In this document: in pieces, positions 11,083 through 21,835 of the stretch
Layout: each line of letters opens with the position of its first letter
Numbering within the stretch: position 1 is the stretch's first letter
From: Vulcanimicrobiota bacterium
Lineage (GTDB): Bacteria; Vulcanimicrobiota; Vulcanimicrobiia; Vulcanimicrobiales; Vulcanimicrobiaceae
DNA: 64,000 nt
Reading direction: 5' to 3'
NCBI GenBank assembly: GCA_963714015.1
Contig: OY970223.1
Coordinates: forward strand, 1,600,001-1,664,000
Made by a program: the position numbers and the translations under genes
Notes under the pieces: generated by a model
Told to the model about the DNA's origin: nothing
Database searches by the model: none
The model's input: only the letters and a program-made list of their open reading frames with translations

Positions 11083-11705
11083 CTCGACGGGCCGGTGGGC
11101 CGGCCGCGGCGGAGAAACGAAATTCCGCTTTCGCGGCCGGCTCGCAGCCGAGCGACGTTCTCGCGGTGCGTATAGAAAATCAGTGCGGCCGCAAAGATCC
11201 CGTAGCCGGTAGTCCAAGCGTCGCGCGTGAAATACCAGAGCGCTGCGGCCGCAACGATGCTGCCGGACATCGAACCGACGGAAGAATACGTCGTGGTGAG
11301 GGCGCCTAAGATCCAGCCGCACACGGCGATGATGCCCGCGGGCCACGAGAGCGCGAAGATCGCTCCGAACGACGTCGCTACGCCCTTTCCACCTTTGAAA
11401 CTGAGCCAGGGAGAGAAGCAGTGGCCGAGCACCGCGCATGCCGCTGCAATCGCCGCAACGTGTGCGTCGTGCAGGAACGCAAAGACGAGTGCCGGCGGTA
11501 TAATGCCTTTTGCCGCGTCCAGCAGCAGCACGGCCGCGGCCCCGCGCTTTCCGAGCGCGCGCAGCGCATTCATCGCACCGATGTTCCCGCTTCCGGACTG
11601 CCGAATGTCTCGGCTATAGAAAGCGCGGCTAACCACGACGCCCCACGGAATCGATCCGAGCAGAAACGCCCCGATCGCCACTCCTGCGGCGGTTGCGGCG
11701 TTCAT
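11079..11705 (-). CDS. plsY: Glycerol-3-phosphate acyltransferase PlsY
   Basis: GSIPWG, GSGNIGAMN, FKGGKGVAT, HRENVARL; downstream of der. Confidence 0.95.
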   Translation of the reverse strand: MNAATAAGVAIGAFLLGSIPWGVVVSRAFYSRDIRQSGSGNIGAMNALRALGKRGAAAVLLLDAAKGIIPPALVFAFLHDAHVAAIAAACAVLGHCFSPWLSFKGGKGVATSFGAIFALSWPAGIIAVCGWILGALTTTYSSVGSMSGSIVAAAALWYFTRDAWTTGYGIFAAALIFYTHRENVARLRAGRESGISFLRRGRPTGPSS

Positions 11706-13051
11706 CAGTCTTCCAGCTCCGCGCGCGAGCGTTCGCGAAATTCCAGTTTGAGCGGAACGCCTTCGAAATCGAAGTGCTGCCTGATGATGTTCTCCAAGAA
11801 GCGAACGTATGAGGTCTGAACGAGCTGCGGATCGTTGCAATGAAAGACGAACAGCGGAGGATGCGCCGCGGGCTGCGAGCAGTAGAAAATCTTGAACGGT
11901 TTGCCGCCCGGCGCGGGTGCCGGATGCGCGATCGTCGCATCCCGGATCACCGAGTTGAGCTTCGCCGTGGGTACGTGCCGATCGAGATTGCTTGCCACGT
12001 GCATGACCAGCGGCATCAGACTCCCTAACCGGCGCCGTGTTTTGGCCGACAAAAACGTCACGGGAGCGAAACGCGCGAACGGCACTTGACTGTAGATGAC
12101 GTTGATGAGTTCGCCCTGACTATACTCGCCTTGCTCGCGCGCGAGGTCCCATTTGTTTCCGGCGATCACCAGGCCTTTGCGCTCTTCGAGGATCATTCCG
12201 GCCAGGCGCCGTTCTTGGGCGAGCATTCCTTGCATAGCGTCGAACAGCAAAATCGCGATATCGCAGCGCGCAATCGCCGAAAGCGACCGCAGCGCCGAAT
12301 AGTATTCGATCGCACCGTGATGTCCCGGTTTCTTGCGCACGCCTGCCGTGTCGATGAGCCGGATTCGATGTTCGTGAAACTGGAAGATGGTGTCGATTGC
12401 ATCGCGCGTCGTTCCCGGCACGTCGGAGACGACGGCGCGTTCTTCGCCGAGCAGGCTGTTGAGAAGCGAGCTCTTGCCGACGTTCGGACGGCCGACGATG
12501 GCCAGCGCGAGTTCGCCCTCGTGATCGATAGCGGCGCTGTCCGGGGGAAGATGCTCGGCGACGCGATCCAGGAGATCGCCCGTGCCCTCTCCGTGGATCG
12601 CCGAAACGGCAACCGGTTCCCCAAAACCCAGACCGGCGAACTCCCCGTGGACCGCTGCGGCGGCACTCGGGGACTCGGCCTTATTCGCAACGAGCACGAC
12701 CGGATGACGGGTCCTGCGCAGAATTGCGGCCACGTCGTCGTCCAGCGGGTTGCGTCCGGCCGAGGCATCGACGATAAACAGAATCGCATCCGCTTCGTGC
12801 GCCGCGGCTTCGGCTTGGCGCCGGGTCGAGAGCGCAATATGATCCCCGTCCTTGTCCTGATCGGGATCGATGCCGGCAGTATCGACCAGGCTGAAGGTCC
12901 GTCCCCGCCATTCGCACAGTCCGTACAAACGGTCGCGTGTGACGCCTGGAGTATCTTCGACGATTGCCAAGCGCCGGCCGATGAGGCGGTTGAAGAGCGC
13001 GCTCTTTCCGACGTTGGGCCGTCCGACGATGGCTACGGTGGCGGGTTGCAC
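11705..13051 (-). CDS. der: Ribosome biogenesis GTPase Der (start GTG 13051 or ATG 13093)
   Basis: Two tandem GRPNVGKS / DTAG / NKxD-like GTPase domains plus KH-like C-terminus. Confidence 0.96.
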   Translation of the reverse strand: MQPATVAIVGRPNVGKSALFNRLIGRRLAIVEDTPGVTRDRLYGLCEWRGRTFSLVDTAGIDPDQDKDGDHIALSTRRQAEAAAHEADAILFIVDASAGRNPLDDDVAAILRRTRHPVVLVANKAESPSAAAAVHGEFAGLGFGEPVAVSAIHGEGTGDLLDRVAEHLPPDSAAIDHEGELALAIVGRPNVGKSSLLNSLLGEERAVVSDVPGTTRDAIDTIFQFHEHRIRLIDTAGVRKKPGHHGAIEYYSALRSLSAIARCDIAILLFDAMQGMLAQERRLAGMILEERKGLVIAGNKWDLAREQGEYSQGELINVIYSQVPFARFAPVTFLSAKTRRRLGSLMPLVMHVASNLDRHVPTAKLNSVIRDATIAHPAPAPGGKPFKIFYCSQPAAHPPLFVFHCNDPQLVQTSYVRFLENIIRQHFDFEGVPLKLEFRERSRAELED

Positions 13052-13091
13052 GGGAACGGAGATTCCTGGCCTTACGAGGTAATCCCGCGGC

Positions 13092-13799
13092 ATGCTGCGC
13101 GCGCTGGTGCTGGCGGCCCTCATCTTGCCTTTCGGCGGACTCTACATAACGTCGCTTCCATCGGGCGCCGACGTCTGGGTCGACGGCAGCTATATTGGAA
13201 GAACGCCGCTGCTTATCGACGGTCTGCGCGCTGGCAAACATTCGGTGACGATCACCAAAGCCGGCTGGAAAGTGGAAGAAGTCGATCAAGACGTCACTGC
13301 CGGCGTCGTTACCCCCGCGACCGTGCAACTCGAAGCACTTACCGCAGCCGGCGAAGACGGAACGCTTTCGCTGCTGGGATTGAGCGAGGATGCAACGGTA
13401 TCGCTCGACGGCGGCGCTCCCCAGCCGTTCGAGAAGTCGTATGCAGTGCAGCGCGGCATGCACCACTTGGTCGTGGTGGACGACCATCTGAAATTCGAAC
13501 GGGACGTTACCATTTATCCGAACCAAACGACATACGTGCTTTTCCGTCCCCCGACGGAAGAGCGCTCCGGCGTGGTGGCGCCGCTGGGCGAGTACATGCC
13601 TGCTTCGGCCGCCAAAATCAGCGGCCGGCGCCTGACTGTGCGGTGGAACGGTCACGTTGCGGTGGGTCACATCGGTGACGCGCGGTTTCTTGTAGACGGA
13701 CGCGATGTCGTGTATGATGCGCCGGCAGGGCTCGTACGCGGCAGGCTCTATCTGCCGCTCGATCTCATTTTGACCATCACGGGCGGAAAAAGCAAATAA
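13092..13799 (+). CDS. Secreted PEGA-domain protein with a possible copper amine oxidase N-terminal-like C-domain
   Basis: ITSLPSGADVWVDGSYIGRTPL PEGA signature; C-terminal APAGLVRGRLYLPL. Confidence 0.75.
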   Translation: MLRALVLAALILPFGGLYITSLPSGADVWVDGSYIGRTPLLIDGLRAGKHSVTITKAGWKVEEVDQDVTAGVVTPATVQLEALTAAGEDGTLSLLGLSEDATVSLDGGAPQPFEKSYAVQRGMHHLVVVDDHLKFERDVTIYPNQTTYVLFRPPTEERSGVVAPLGEYMPASAAKISGRRLTVRWNGHVAVGHIGDARFLVDGRDVVYDAPAGLVRGRLYLPLDLILTITGGKSK

Positions 13800-13802
13800 C
13801 GA

Positions 13803-15206
13803 ATGGCGACGATCTACATTGAGACCTTCGGCTGTCAGATGAACGAGGCCGATTCGCAATACATTGCCGAGCGCGCCGAAGCCGCCGGGTACGCCATTGC
13901 CGAACGCCCCGAAGAAGCCAACATCCTGATATTGAACACGTGCACGGTGCGCGATAACGCCGAGCGCCGCGCTTACGGCCGCATCGGGCATTTCAAACAA
14001 CTCAAGGACGCCGATCCGGCGCTGAAGCTGGTGGTGATGGGATGCCTGGCGGAACAGGACCGCGATCGCATGCAAAAGGTCGTTCCGCACGTCGACGCGG
14101 TGTTCGGCACATCGGAGCTCGCGCAGATGGGCGACGCCATCGCGCAGTGGCGCCCCCAATTCGAGGACGCCGATCTTTCGGAGGAGCGCGCGCTCCTGAT
14201 GCCGTTCGGCGGCGCCGCGGATTGTGTGACCGGCGCTTTTTCGCACCTGCGCGGCTTTGTCACCGTGCAGCGCGGATGTTCGTACTATTGCACGTTTTGC
14301 ATCGTGCCGCACGTGCGCGGACGCTTCGATCATCGGCCCGCGGGCGAGATATTGAAAGAAGTGCAGTCGCTTGTGGCGAGCGGTGCGCGCGAAGTGATGT
14401 TGGTCGGCCAGACGGTGAATGCATATAAGGATCCCGCCGAGGGCAGCGACTTCGGCGGCCTGTGCAAGCGCGTCGCAGCGATCGATGGTTTGGAACGGCT
14501 GACGTTTATCTCGCCGCATCCCAAAGACTTCAGCGAGAAAATCCTGCGCGACCTCTCGCAGATTCCGCAGCTCAATCCGCGAGTGCATTTACCGCTGCAG
14601 TCCGGGAGCGATCCGGTTCTGCGCCGGATGAACCGCAAATACACGATGGAACAGTTTCGGCAGAAGGTGGCCTTGATTCACCGCTATCTTCCGGGGTGGG
14701 CAATCACGACGGATTTGATCGTCGGTTTTCCGGGTGAAACGGAAGAAGACTTTGCCGCAACACTCGATTACGTGCGCAGCGGCGTCTTCGCCAACGCTTT
14801 CATGTTCGTCTACTCACCGCGGCGCGGAACGCCCGCTGCGCGCTGGGAGCAAGTGGTGCCGGAGATAGCGAGCGAGCGGTTCAAGCGTTTGGCTGACGCG
14901 CAGAATGCAATCTCGCGTGCGTACCACGACCGCAAGATCGGCACGATCGTTCGCGCGCTGATTCAAGGTCCTTCGAAAAAAGACGCAACACGAATCGCCG
15001 CCAAGACGCCGGACAACGTCACGATCATCGCGCCGATGCCGCCGGACTACGACGACAAACTGTACTCGGCAGAGCCGTGGATCGACGTCGAGATAGCCGA
15101 GGCGTTCGTTTGGGGCTGCAGCGGCACGATCGTTCGCCGCTCCGCGCGTTTCCTCGATCCGGGCATTCGCGTACCTCGCCCTTCGATCGATCTCATCGCG
15201 CTTTAG
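13803..15206 (+). CDS. miaB: tRNA methylthiotransferase MiaB
   Basis: ETFGCQMNEADS, NTCTVR, GCSYYCTFC, HLPLQSGS, DLIVGFPGET. Confidence 0.95.
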   Translation: MATIYIETFGCQMNEADSQYIAERAEAAGYAIAERPEEANILILNTCTVRDNAERRAYGRIGHFKQLKDADPALKLVVMGCLAEQDRDRMQKVVPHVDAVFGTSELAQMGDAIAQWRPQFEDADLSEERALLMPFGGAADCVTGAFSHLRGFVTVQRGCSYYCTFCIVPHVRGRFDHRPAGEILKEVQSLVASGAREVMLVGQTVNAYKDPAEGSDFGGLCKRVAAIDGLERLTFISPHPKDFSEKILRDLSQIPQLNPRVHLPLQSGSDPVLRRMNRKYTMEQFRQKVALIHRYLPGWAITTDLIVGFPGETEEDFAATLDYVRSGVFANAFMFVYSPRRGTPAARWEQVVPEIASERFKRLADAQNAISRAYHDRKIGTIVRALIQGPSKKDATRIAAKTPDNVTIIAPMPPDYDDKLYSAEPWIDVEIAEAFVWGCSGTIVRRSARFLDPGIRVPRPSIDLIAL

Positions 15207-15254
15207 ACGACTCTTCAGATCCCCGCCGCGCCCGTATTGGCGGCAAAACACAAG

Positions 15255-15263
15255 TTATCCACA
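15255..15263 (+). promoter_or_regulatory. Perfect DnaA box upstream of mutS
   Basis: TTATCCACA in the miaB-mutS intergenic gap; single copy seen. Confidence 0.4.
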
Positions 15264-15289
15264 GGCGGTACGGCGAACCCCAAAGCGCA

Positions 15290-17780
15290 GTGGCGGTTCA
15301 GTCATATTCCCCGATGCTGGAGCAATACTTCGGCATGAAAGCGCGTCATCCCGAAGCGGTTCTGCTTTCCCGCGTGGGTGATTTTTACGAAGCGTACGGG
15401 GAAGATGCCGAGACGATCGCGCGCGCGCTTTCGATTGCGTTGACGTCCAAAGAAGCCGGCGGCGGACGGCGCGTCGCAATGGCGGGCGTACCGCACCATG
15501 CGCTCTCGCAGTACCTGGCGCGTTTGGTTCAGCAGCGATTTATCGTCGCGCTTGCCGAGCAGCTCGAAGTGCCGCAGCCGAACAAACTGGTGCGCCGCGA
15601 CATCGTGCGGATCCTCACGCCGGGAACGCTGATCGAGGATCAGCTGCTCGACGGCAAAACGAACAACTTTCTGGCGGCAGTCACGGCGATCGACGAAACG
15701 TTTGCGTTCGCCTATGCGGACGTATCTACCGGACTTTGCGCGGCCACGGCGCTCACCGGAGAGTCCGCGTACGAAGAGTCTGCTTGCCGAACTGTTTCGA
15801 ATCGGTCCGGCGGAAGTCGTTGCCGACGCTCCGTCGGCGATTCGCGCGGCACTTACCGAGGCGCTGGAGAACGTTACTGCGCGCGTCACGGCGCCTGCGC
15901 TGGCGATAGTCGACGCTCGCAGTCGCGGACCGCTGCCGGGATTCTCGCTCGACGAAGCGCTGGCGATTCATCGCGCGCTGGACGCGCTTGTCGGCTTCGT
16001 CAAGCGCACCGGCGTTGGGTCGTCGCGTGACGAGACGCCGATGCTCAGTGAGCCGCAGTTCTATCGTCATCGCACGTTCTTGGTGATGGACCCGAACACG
16101 CGCAAGAACTTGGAGCTGACCAAAGCGCTGGGAGCGAACCCTAAGGCCACGCTTTTTGCGACACTGGACAAGTGCGCGACGTCGATGGGCTCGCGGCTGC
16201 TCGGCCGCTGGATTCTGGCGCCGCTGGTCGATCGGGACGGCATCGTTCAGCGTCAAGATGGAGTCCGTGCGTTAATGGACGAGCACGTGCGCCGGGAGTC
16301 GGTTCAGGAGCTGCTTCGCGGATGTTTCGATCTGGAACGCATAACGCAGAAGGTCCGCTTCAATCGCGCGCTCCCCAGAGATATTGCCTCGCTGGGGCGT
16401 ACACTCCAAATTTTGCCGCCGCTCCGGCAAGTTGCACCCAAGTGTTTGAATGAGCTCGTCGAACGGATCGGCGATTTTGAGAACCTTCTGACGGATTTGC
16501 AGCAGACGCTCACCGACGAACCACCGGCACAGCTCGCCGACGGCGGGGTGATCCGTCCGCAGGCGAATGCGGAGCTCGCGGAGTGCGTAACGCTTCGCAC
16601 CGACGCCCGCGGCAAGCTCTCGCAGCTCGAGGAGCGCGAACGAGAACGCACCGGGATCAAATCGCTGAAGATCAAGTACGCCAGCGCGTTCGGGTACGCG
16701 ATCGAAGTTCCGAAGACTGCGGCATCCCAAGTTCCCGATGATTACGTGCGCAAACAAACTTTGACGAGCGGCGAGCGTTTCGTCACGCCCGAACTGAAAG
16801 AGCTTGAAATAGCAATCTCGACGGCGCAGTCGCGGCAGCAGCGCCTGGAAGCGCAGCTCTTCGGCGAATTGGTCGATCGGATCGCCGTGCGCATCGATGA
16901 GTTGCTCGCTGCCGCCCGGTCGCTGGCCGAACTCGACGTGCTCTGCTCGCTCGCGCAGTGCGCGGCGGAACGCGGGTACGTGCGTCCGGAATTTCGCGAT
17001 GAAAGCGAACTGGAGATTATCGACGGGCGCCATCCCGTAATGGAGACGATTCTTCGCGCGTCCTTCGTTCCGAACGACTTGCAACTGCGCACGGACAATC
17101 AGCGCTTCATTTTGCTGACGGGACCCAACATGGGCGGTAAGTCGACGTTTTTGCGGCAGAGTGCCCTACTGACGATCATGGCTCAGATCGGGTCGTTCGT
17201 TCCGGCGAGGTCCGCATGTTTGGGCATCGTCGATCGCATCTTTACGCGCATCGGCGCAGGCGACGACTTGGCCTCGGGCCAGTCGACGTTTTATCTGGAG
17301 ATGGCCGAAGCGGCGAACATTCTGCGCCGCAGCACGCGCCGCAGTCTGCTGCTGATCGACGAAGTCGGACGCGGCACCGGAACCATCGACGGTCTAGCGA
17401 TCGCGCAGGCGATCTGCGAATTTCTCTTAGGGCTTGACGATCATGCGCCCATGGTACTCTTTGCGACCCACTTTCACGAACTCGTCGCGCTCGCCGATCA
17501 CTGGAAGCTCGTAGCGAATTATCACATTACGGCGGTCGAGAACACCGGCGCCGACGGCGGCCCCGTCTTCTCGCACCGCGTGCTGCCGGGAAGTTCTTCG
17601 CGTTCGTTCGGCATCGAGGTCGCGCGCATGGCGGGATTGCCGGACGCCGTAATCGAGCGTGCTCAAGAGATTGCCGATGCGCTCGGCGGCAAGGCAGATG
17701 TGGAAGAGCAGGTTCCCCTCAAGCGACGGTTGCCGAAGGTGGCGCTCTCCGAGCAGCTCTCGTTGTTGAGCGCGGAGTGA
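15290..17780 (+). CDS. mutS: DNA mismatch repair protein MutS, split by one extra base near 15779
   Basis: SPMLEQY, RVGDFYE, TGPNMGGKST, DEVGRGT, FATHFHEL; removing T15779 gives YEELLAELFR. Confidence 0.95.
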
Positions 17781-19450
17781 TCAACGTCCTCGATCCCGTC
17801 ACGATCGGTCAGATCGCGGCGGGCGAGGTGGTCGAACGGCCGGTGTCGGTCGTTAAAGAGCTGGTCGAAAACGCGGTCGATTCCGGCGCAACGCGTATCG
17901 AAGTTTCGCTGGAAGAAGGGGGAATCGAACTCGTCCAAGTCGTCGACAACGGTTCCGGAATTCTTCCTGAAGATCTTTCACTTGCGGTGCGCCGTCATGC
18001 GACGAGCAAACTCGCGCTGGCCTCGGATCTGGAATCCGTCGAAACCTTGGGATTTCGCGGCGAAGGACTTGCAAGCATTGCTTCGGTCGCCCAGCTCGAG
18101 CTTGTTTCCCGAGTTTCAGGTGCGCAGATTGGGCAGCGGATTGTCGCGCACGCCGAATCTGCGGGGCCGCCGGAACCGGCTGCAGCACCGGAAGGCACAA
18201 TCGTTCGAGCGCGGCGGCTCTTTGCAAACGTTCCCGTTCGACGAGAGTATCTGCGTACGCCGGCGGCCGAGTTTTCACGCGTTTCCGCTTGGCTATCGAC
18301 GTTTGCGCTAGCGTATCCGGGGATTGCCTTTTCGCTGCATCATGACGGAAAGGAGGTTTGGGTCATGCCCGCCGCGGGTGGCGTCGAAGCGCGCCTTGCG
18401 ATGGTCTTTGGGAAGAGCGCGGCTTCGACGCTGATTCCACTCGACTCGACGTCCGGCAGCGATCTAAAAGGGCGCATTTCCGGCTTTATCAGTACGCCGG
18501 GAACCGATCGCGCGGATCGCCGGATGCAGCTGCTCTTCGTGAACGGACGTTTGCTGCGCAGCACGCTGCTCGCCGGAGCCTGGACCGCCGCGTACTCGAC
18601 GTTCGCAATGATCGGCCGCCAGCCGTTCGGAGCGCTGTTTTTGAACCTTCCGGCCGATCACGTCGATGCCAACGTTCACCCGACTAAGAGCGACGTGCGG
18701 CTGCGCTTTGGCCACCAAGTCTTCGAGTCGGTTCGGCGCGTCATGGCTTCGACGCTGCATGCGCATGCCGGCGGCAGATTTCGCGATGCAGTTCACGTTT
18801 CGGCTGCGCCGCAGGCGATGGATTCGGCACTTCCTGCGCTGCAGACGCTCTTCGAATCGGAGAGCGCGATGGAGCCGAGCGGCAACGGCACTCGCGCTGT
18901 CCGCGTTCTCGCTCAGCTCGACAACACGTTCATTCTGGCAACCGACGGGCGGGCGCTGGTGCTGGTCGATCAACATGCCGCCCACGAGCGCATCGCGTAC
19001 GAACGCATCGTCGCAGCCGCGCAAAAGCACAGCCCAAACGAGCCGATGCTGATGCCGGCGACTTTCGAATTGAGCCCTGCGGAAAGCGCCGCTTTGGATG
19101 AAGCGCTGCCGCTTTTGTGCGAAGGCGGTCTGGAGATCGAGCATTTCGGCGAACGCACTTACCGCATCGCCGCAACCCCGGCGGGATATCGCGCCCGCGC
19201 GTTTGACGTCGCGGGTTTTTTGGACGACCTCACGGAAGATCCTAAGCAGCGTAACGTGCGAGAGCGCTTGTGGGCATCGTTGGCGTGTCATTCCGTTACG
19301 CGCGCCGGAGAGCGGCTGGACATGGAGGAGATGACGACGCTCGTCGAACGGCTGTACCATTGCGAGAATCCGATGCACTGCCCGCATGGCAGGCCGACGG
19401 TTGTGCGCATGGACAGCGAAGCGATTCAACGGCTCTTCAAACGCTTGTGA
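17777..19450 (+). CDS. mutL: DNA mismatch repair endonuclease MutL
   Basis: IAAGEVVERP, GFRGEGL, DQHAAHERIAYE and CPHGRP endonuclease motifs (MutH-independent type). Confidence 0.96.
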   Translation: MINVLDPVTIGQIAAGEVVERPVSVVKELVENAVDSGATRIEVSLEEGGIELVQVVDNGSGILPEDLSLAVRRHATSKLALASDLESVETLGFRGEGLASIASVAQLELVSRVSGAQIGQRIVAHAESAGPPEPAAAPEGTIVRARRLFANVPVRREYLRTPAAEFSRVSAWLSTFALAYPGIAFSLHHDGKEVWVMPAAGGVEARLAMVFGKSAASTLIPLDSTSGSDLKGRISGFISTPGTDRADRRMQLLFVNGRLLRSTLLAGAWTAAYSTFAMIGRQPFGALFLNLPADHVDANVHPTKSDVRLRFGHQVFESVRRVMASTLHAHAGGRFRDAVHVSAAPQAMDSALPALQTLFESESAMEPSGNGTRAVRVLAQLDNTFILATDGRALVLVDQHAAHERIAYERIVAAAQKHSPNEPMLMPATFELSPAESAALDEALPLLCEGGLEIEHFGERTYRIAATPAGYRARAFDVAGFLDDLTEDPKQRNVRERLWASLACHSVTRAGERLDMEEMTTLVERLYHCENPMHCPHGRPTVVRMDSEAIQRLFKRL

Positions 19451-19457
19451 GGTGAAG

Positions 19458-19916
19458 ATGAGCGAACACCGGTACGGCGTTACGACGGTTTGGACGGGAA
19501 ATCGCGGCACCGGAACGCCGCACTACCGCGCGTACGGCCGAGAGCACGAGATCTCAGGCGACGGAAAGTCGCTCGCCATTCCGGGGTCCGCGACTCCGCA
19601 GTTTCGGGGCGATCGCTCGCGGTACAATCCCGAAGAGCTGCTCGTAGGAGCGCTCTCGGCTTGTCACATGCTTTGGTTTCTGCACCTCTGTGCGGACGCC
19701 GGTGTCGTCGTCACCGGATATCGTGACGACGCGGAAGGCAAGATGCGCCTGGACCCGGACGGATCCGGCGAGTTTAACGAAGTCGTCCTGCGACCGTCCG
19801 TCGTGCTGCACGACGAATCCAAACGCAAAACGCTCGGCGCACTGCACGAGAGAGCGCACGAGCTGTGCTTCATCGCGCGTTCCGTCAAATTTCCGGTGCG
19901 GTGCGAACCGTCTTAA
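19458..19916 (+). CDS. OsmC family protein
   Basis: NPEELLVGALSACHML and AHELCFIARSV two-Cys signature. Confidence 0.9.
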   Translation: MSEHRYGVTTVWTGNRGTGTPHYRAYGREHEISGDGKSLAIPGSATPQFRGDRSRYNPEELLVGALSACHMLWFLHLCADAGVVVTGYRDDAEGKMRLDPDGSGEFNEVVLRPSVVLHDESKRKTLGALHERAHELCFIARSVKFPVRCEPS

Positions 19917-20794
19917 TTCTTTGCGGACCGACTGCCTCGGGGAAAACCTCGCTCTCGATCGATCTCGCGCGCAGATTCGGGTGCGAAATCGTCAACGCCG
20001 ATTCGCGTCAGATCTACCGCGGTATGCCGATAGGCACCGCGGCGCCGTCGCCTGAACAACTCTCCGCCGTTCCGCACCATCTGTTCGGCTTTCTCGATCC
20101 GGCGGAGCGTTATTCCGCGGGGCGTTACGCGCTGGACGCCATGGAAGTAATTCGTGCCGTCGACGCGCGCGGAAACCGCGCGATCGTGTGCGGCGGGACC
20201 GGCTTTTACGTGCGCGCGCTTTCCGGCGCCGTAGATTTGGCACCGCACTACGATGAGAGGCTTCGGGCGCGCTTGGCGCGCGAAGCCCGCTTGCACGAGC
20301 CTGCGTTCATGCACGAATGGCTTTCCGCGCGAGATCCGCGCCGCGCCGCAATGCTGCAACCGGAAGACACCTATCGCGTGTTGCGCGCGCTCGAAGTGGC
20401 ACTCGCGCGGGGAACCAACGAATTGCGGACGCAGCCGCTCCCTTCGCTCGCATCCGAAGGTTTCCGGTATCTCAAGGTGTTTCTCGACATCGACGAGTCC
20501 GAACTCGACAACCGGATTTCCCGCCGCGTCGACCGGATGCTCGACGCGGGTTTACTGGACGAGGCCGAGCGTATCGGTGGGCAAGCGGTTGCGGCCAGCG
20601 CCGTAGGATATCCGCAAGCGCTCGCGTTTTTGAAGGGCTGGTGCACGCGCAGCGAACTGCGCGAGCTGCTCTTTCGGGCGACGCGCCGCTATGCAAAGCG
20701 ACAGGCGACGTGGTTTCGGAGTGAGCCTGATACACGCCGGCTTGCAGCCACGGACGTAGCGCCGCTGGCAAGGGAAATACTCGGCTGGGTTTGA
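19901..20794 (+). CDS. miaA: tRNA dimethylallyltransferase MiaA
   Basis: GPTASGKT, DSRQIY, GGTGFY, TRRYAKRQ; GTG start at 19901. Confidence 0.96.
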   Translation: MRTVLILCGPTASGKTSLSIDLARRFGCEIVNADSRQIYRGMPIGTAAPSPEQLSAVPHHLFGFLDPAERYSAGRYALDAMEVIRAVDARGNRAIVCGGTGFYVRALSGAVDLAPHYDERLRARLAREARLHEPAFMHEWLSARDPRRAAMLQPEDTYRVLRALEVALARGTNELRTQPLPSLASEGFRYLKVFLDIDESELDNRISRRVDRMLDAGLLDEAERIGGQAVAASAVGYPQALAFLKGWCTRSELRELLFRATRRYAKRQATWFRSEPDTRRLAATDVAPLAREILGWV

Positions 20795-20804
20795 AGCCCG
20801 CAGA

Positions 20805-21062
20805 ATGCCGGGAAGCCTGCAAGATACCTATTTGGCCGAGATAAAACGGCAAGGCGTACCCGTGACGGTTTACCTCGTAAACGGTTTTCAGTTGCGCGGA
20901 ATCGTCAAAGGCTTTGACCCTTTCACGATTCTGATCGAATACGAGCGCAAGACGCACCTTATCTACAAGCACGCCGTCTCAACGATTTCGCCGCAGGGGG
21001 CTTTTGCCTCGCCGCCGGAAGCGATCGCCGCCGCAGCGCCGGCGGAAGTAACTTCGGGGTAA
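20805..21062 (+). CDS. hfq: RNA chaperone Hfq
   Basis: LQDTYL...YLVNGFQLRG...IYKHAVSTI; directly after miaA. Confidence 0.95.
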   Translation: MPGSLQDTYLAEIKRQGVPVTVYLVNGFQLRGIVKGFDPFTILIEYERKTHLIYKHAVSTISPQGAFASPPEAIAAAAPAEVTSG

Positions 21063-21835
21063 TGCCGGTGAGAGCCGTGACCAAGATGCACGGCACATTC
21101 AACGATTTCGTGATCGTCGACGATCGCGCAAATCCGATACGGGACTTCCAGAACCTGGCCCGCGCGCTGTGCGACCGGCGCGGAGGCGTCGGAGCTGACG
21201 GTTTGATCGCGATCTCCAATTCAGGACCTGCGGACGCGCGCATGCGCATTTTCAACGCCGACGGCAGCGAAGCCGAGATGTGCGGTAACGGCATGCGCTG
21301 CGCCGTGCGTTATCTGTCCGAGTCGGGCGAGGGCGATGCCTTCAGAATCGAAACGGCAGCCGGAATCATCGATGCGGCCGTACTCGAGAAGGGCGAGATC
21401 TACACCGTGCGCCTCAACATCGGCGTTCCGAAAATTGAAACGCGGTCTTTGCCGTTTACCGGCGCGGTCTTCGTCTCGCTGGGCAACCCGCACGTCGTAA
21501 TCTTTCGCGATTCGATCGACGGATTCGATCTCAACAGCGCCGGAAAAGCGCTTCCCGGATACAACGTTCACGTTGCGGCAGTGCGCGGCCGCAGGCGCGT
21601 CGATGCGCGCCATTACGAGCGGGGAGTAGGTTTGACGCAAGCGTGCGGAACGGGTGCCGTTGCATGCGCCGCGGCGGCGATGGCCCGCGCCGAGTGCGAA
21701 TCGCCCGTTCAAGTTCATGTTCCCGGCGGCGTGCTTACGGTCGAGTGGGACGGCGCCGGCAATGCATATCTTACCGGTCCGGCGGTGCGGGTTTTCGAGG
21801 CGTCTTTGGCAAGTTTCGATGCAATCATTGCCTGA
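21062..21835 (+). CDS. dapF: Diaminopimelate epimerase
   Basis: KMHGTFNDF, NADGSEAEMCGNG, GNPH, ERGVGLTQACGTG. Confidence 0.95.
   Translation: MPVRAVTKMHGTFNDFVIVDDRANPIRDFQNLARALCDRRGGVGADGLIAISNSGPADARMRIFNADGSEAEMCGNGMRCAVRYLSESGEGDAFRIETAAGIIDAAVLEKGEIYTVRLNIGVPKIETRSLPFTGAVFVSLGNPHVVIFRDSIDGFDLNSAGKALPGYNVHVAAVRGRRRVDARHYERGVGLTQACGTGAVACAAAAMARAECESPVQVHVPGGVLTVEWDGAGNAYLTGPAVRVFEASLASFDAIIA

Noticed and set aside
12086..14588. Long ORFs 12086..13678(+) and 12681..14588(-), and many similar shadow ORFs
   Set aside because: Antisense or off-frame shadows of der, PEGA and miaB, expected at high GC; no motifs.
15770..15790. Programmed frameshifting in mutS or uvrC
   Set aside because: No slippery sequence or stimulatory structure at either site; similar indels are scattered across unrelated genes.
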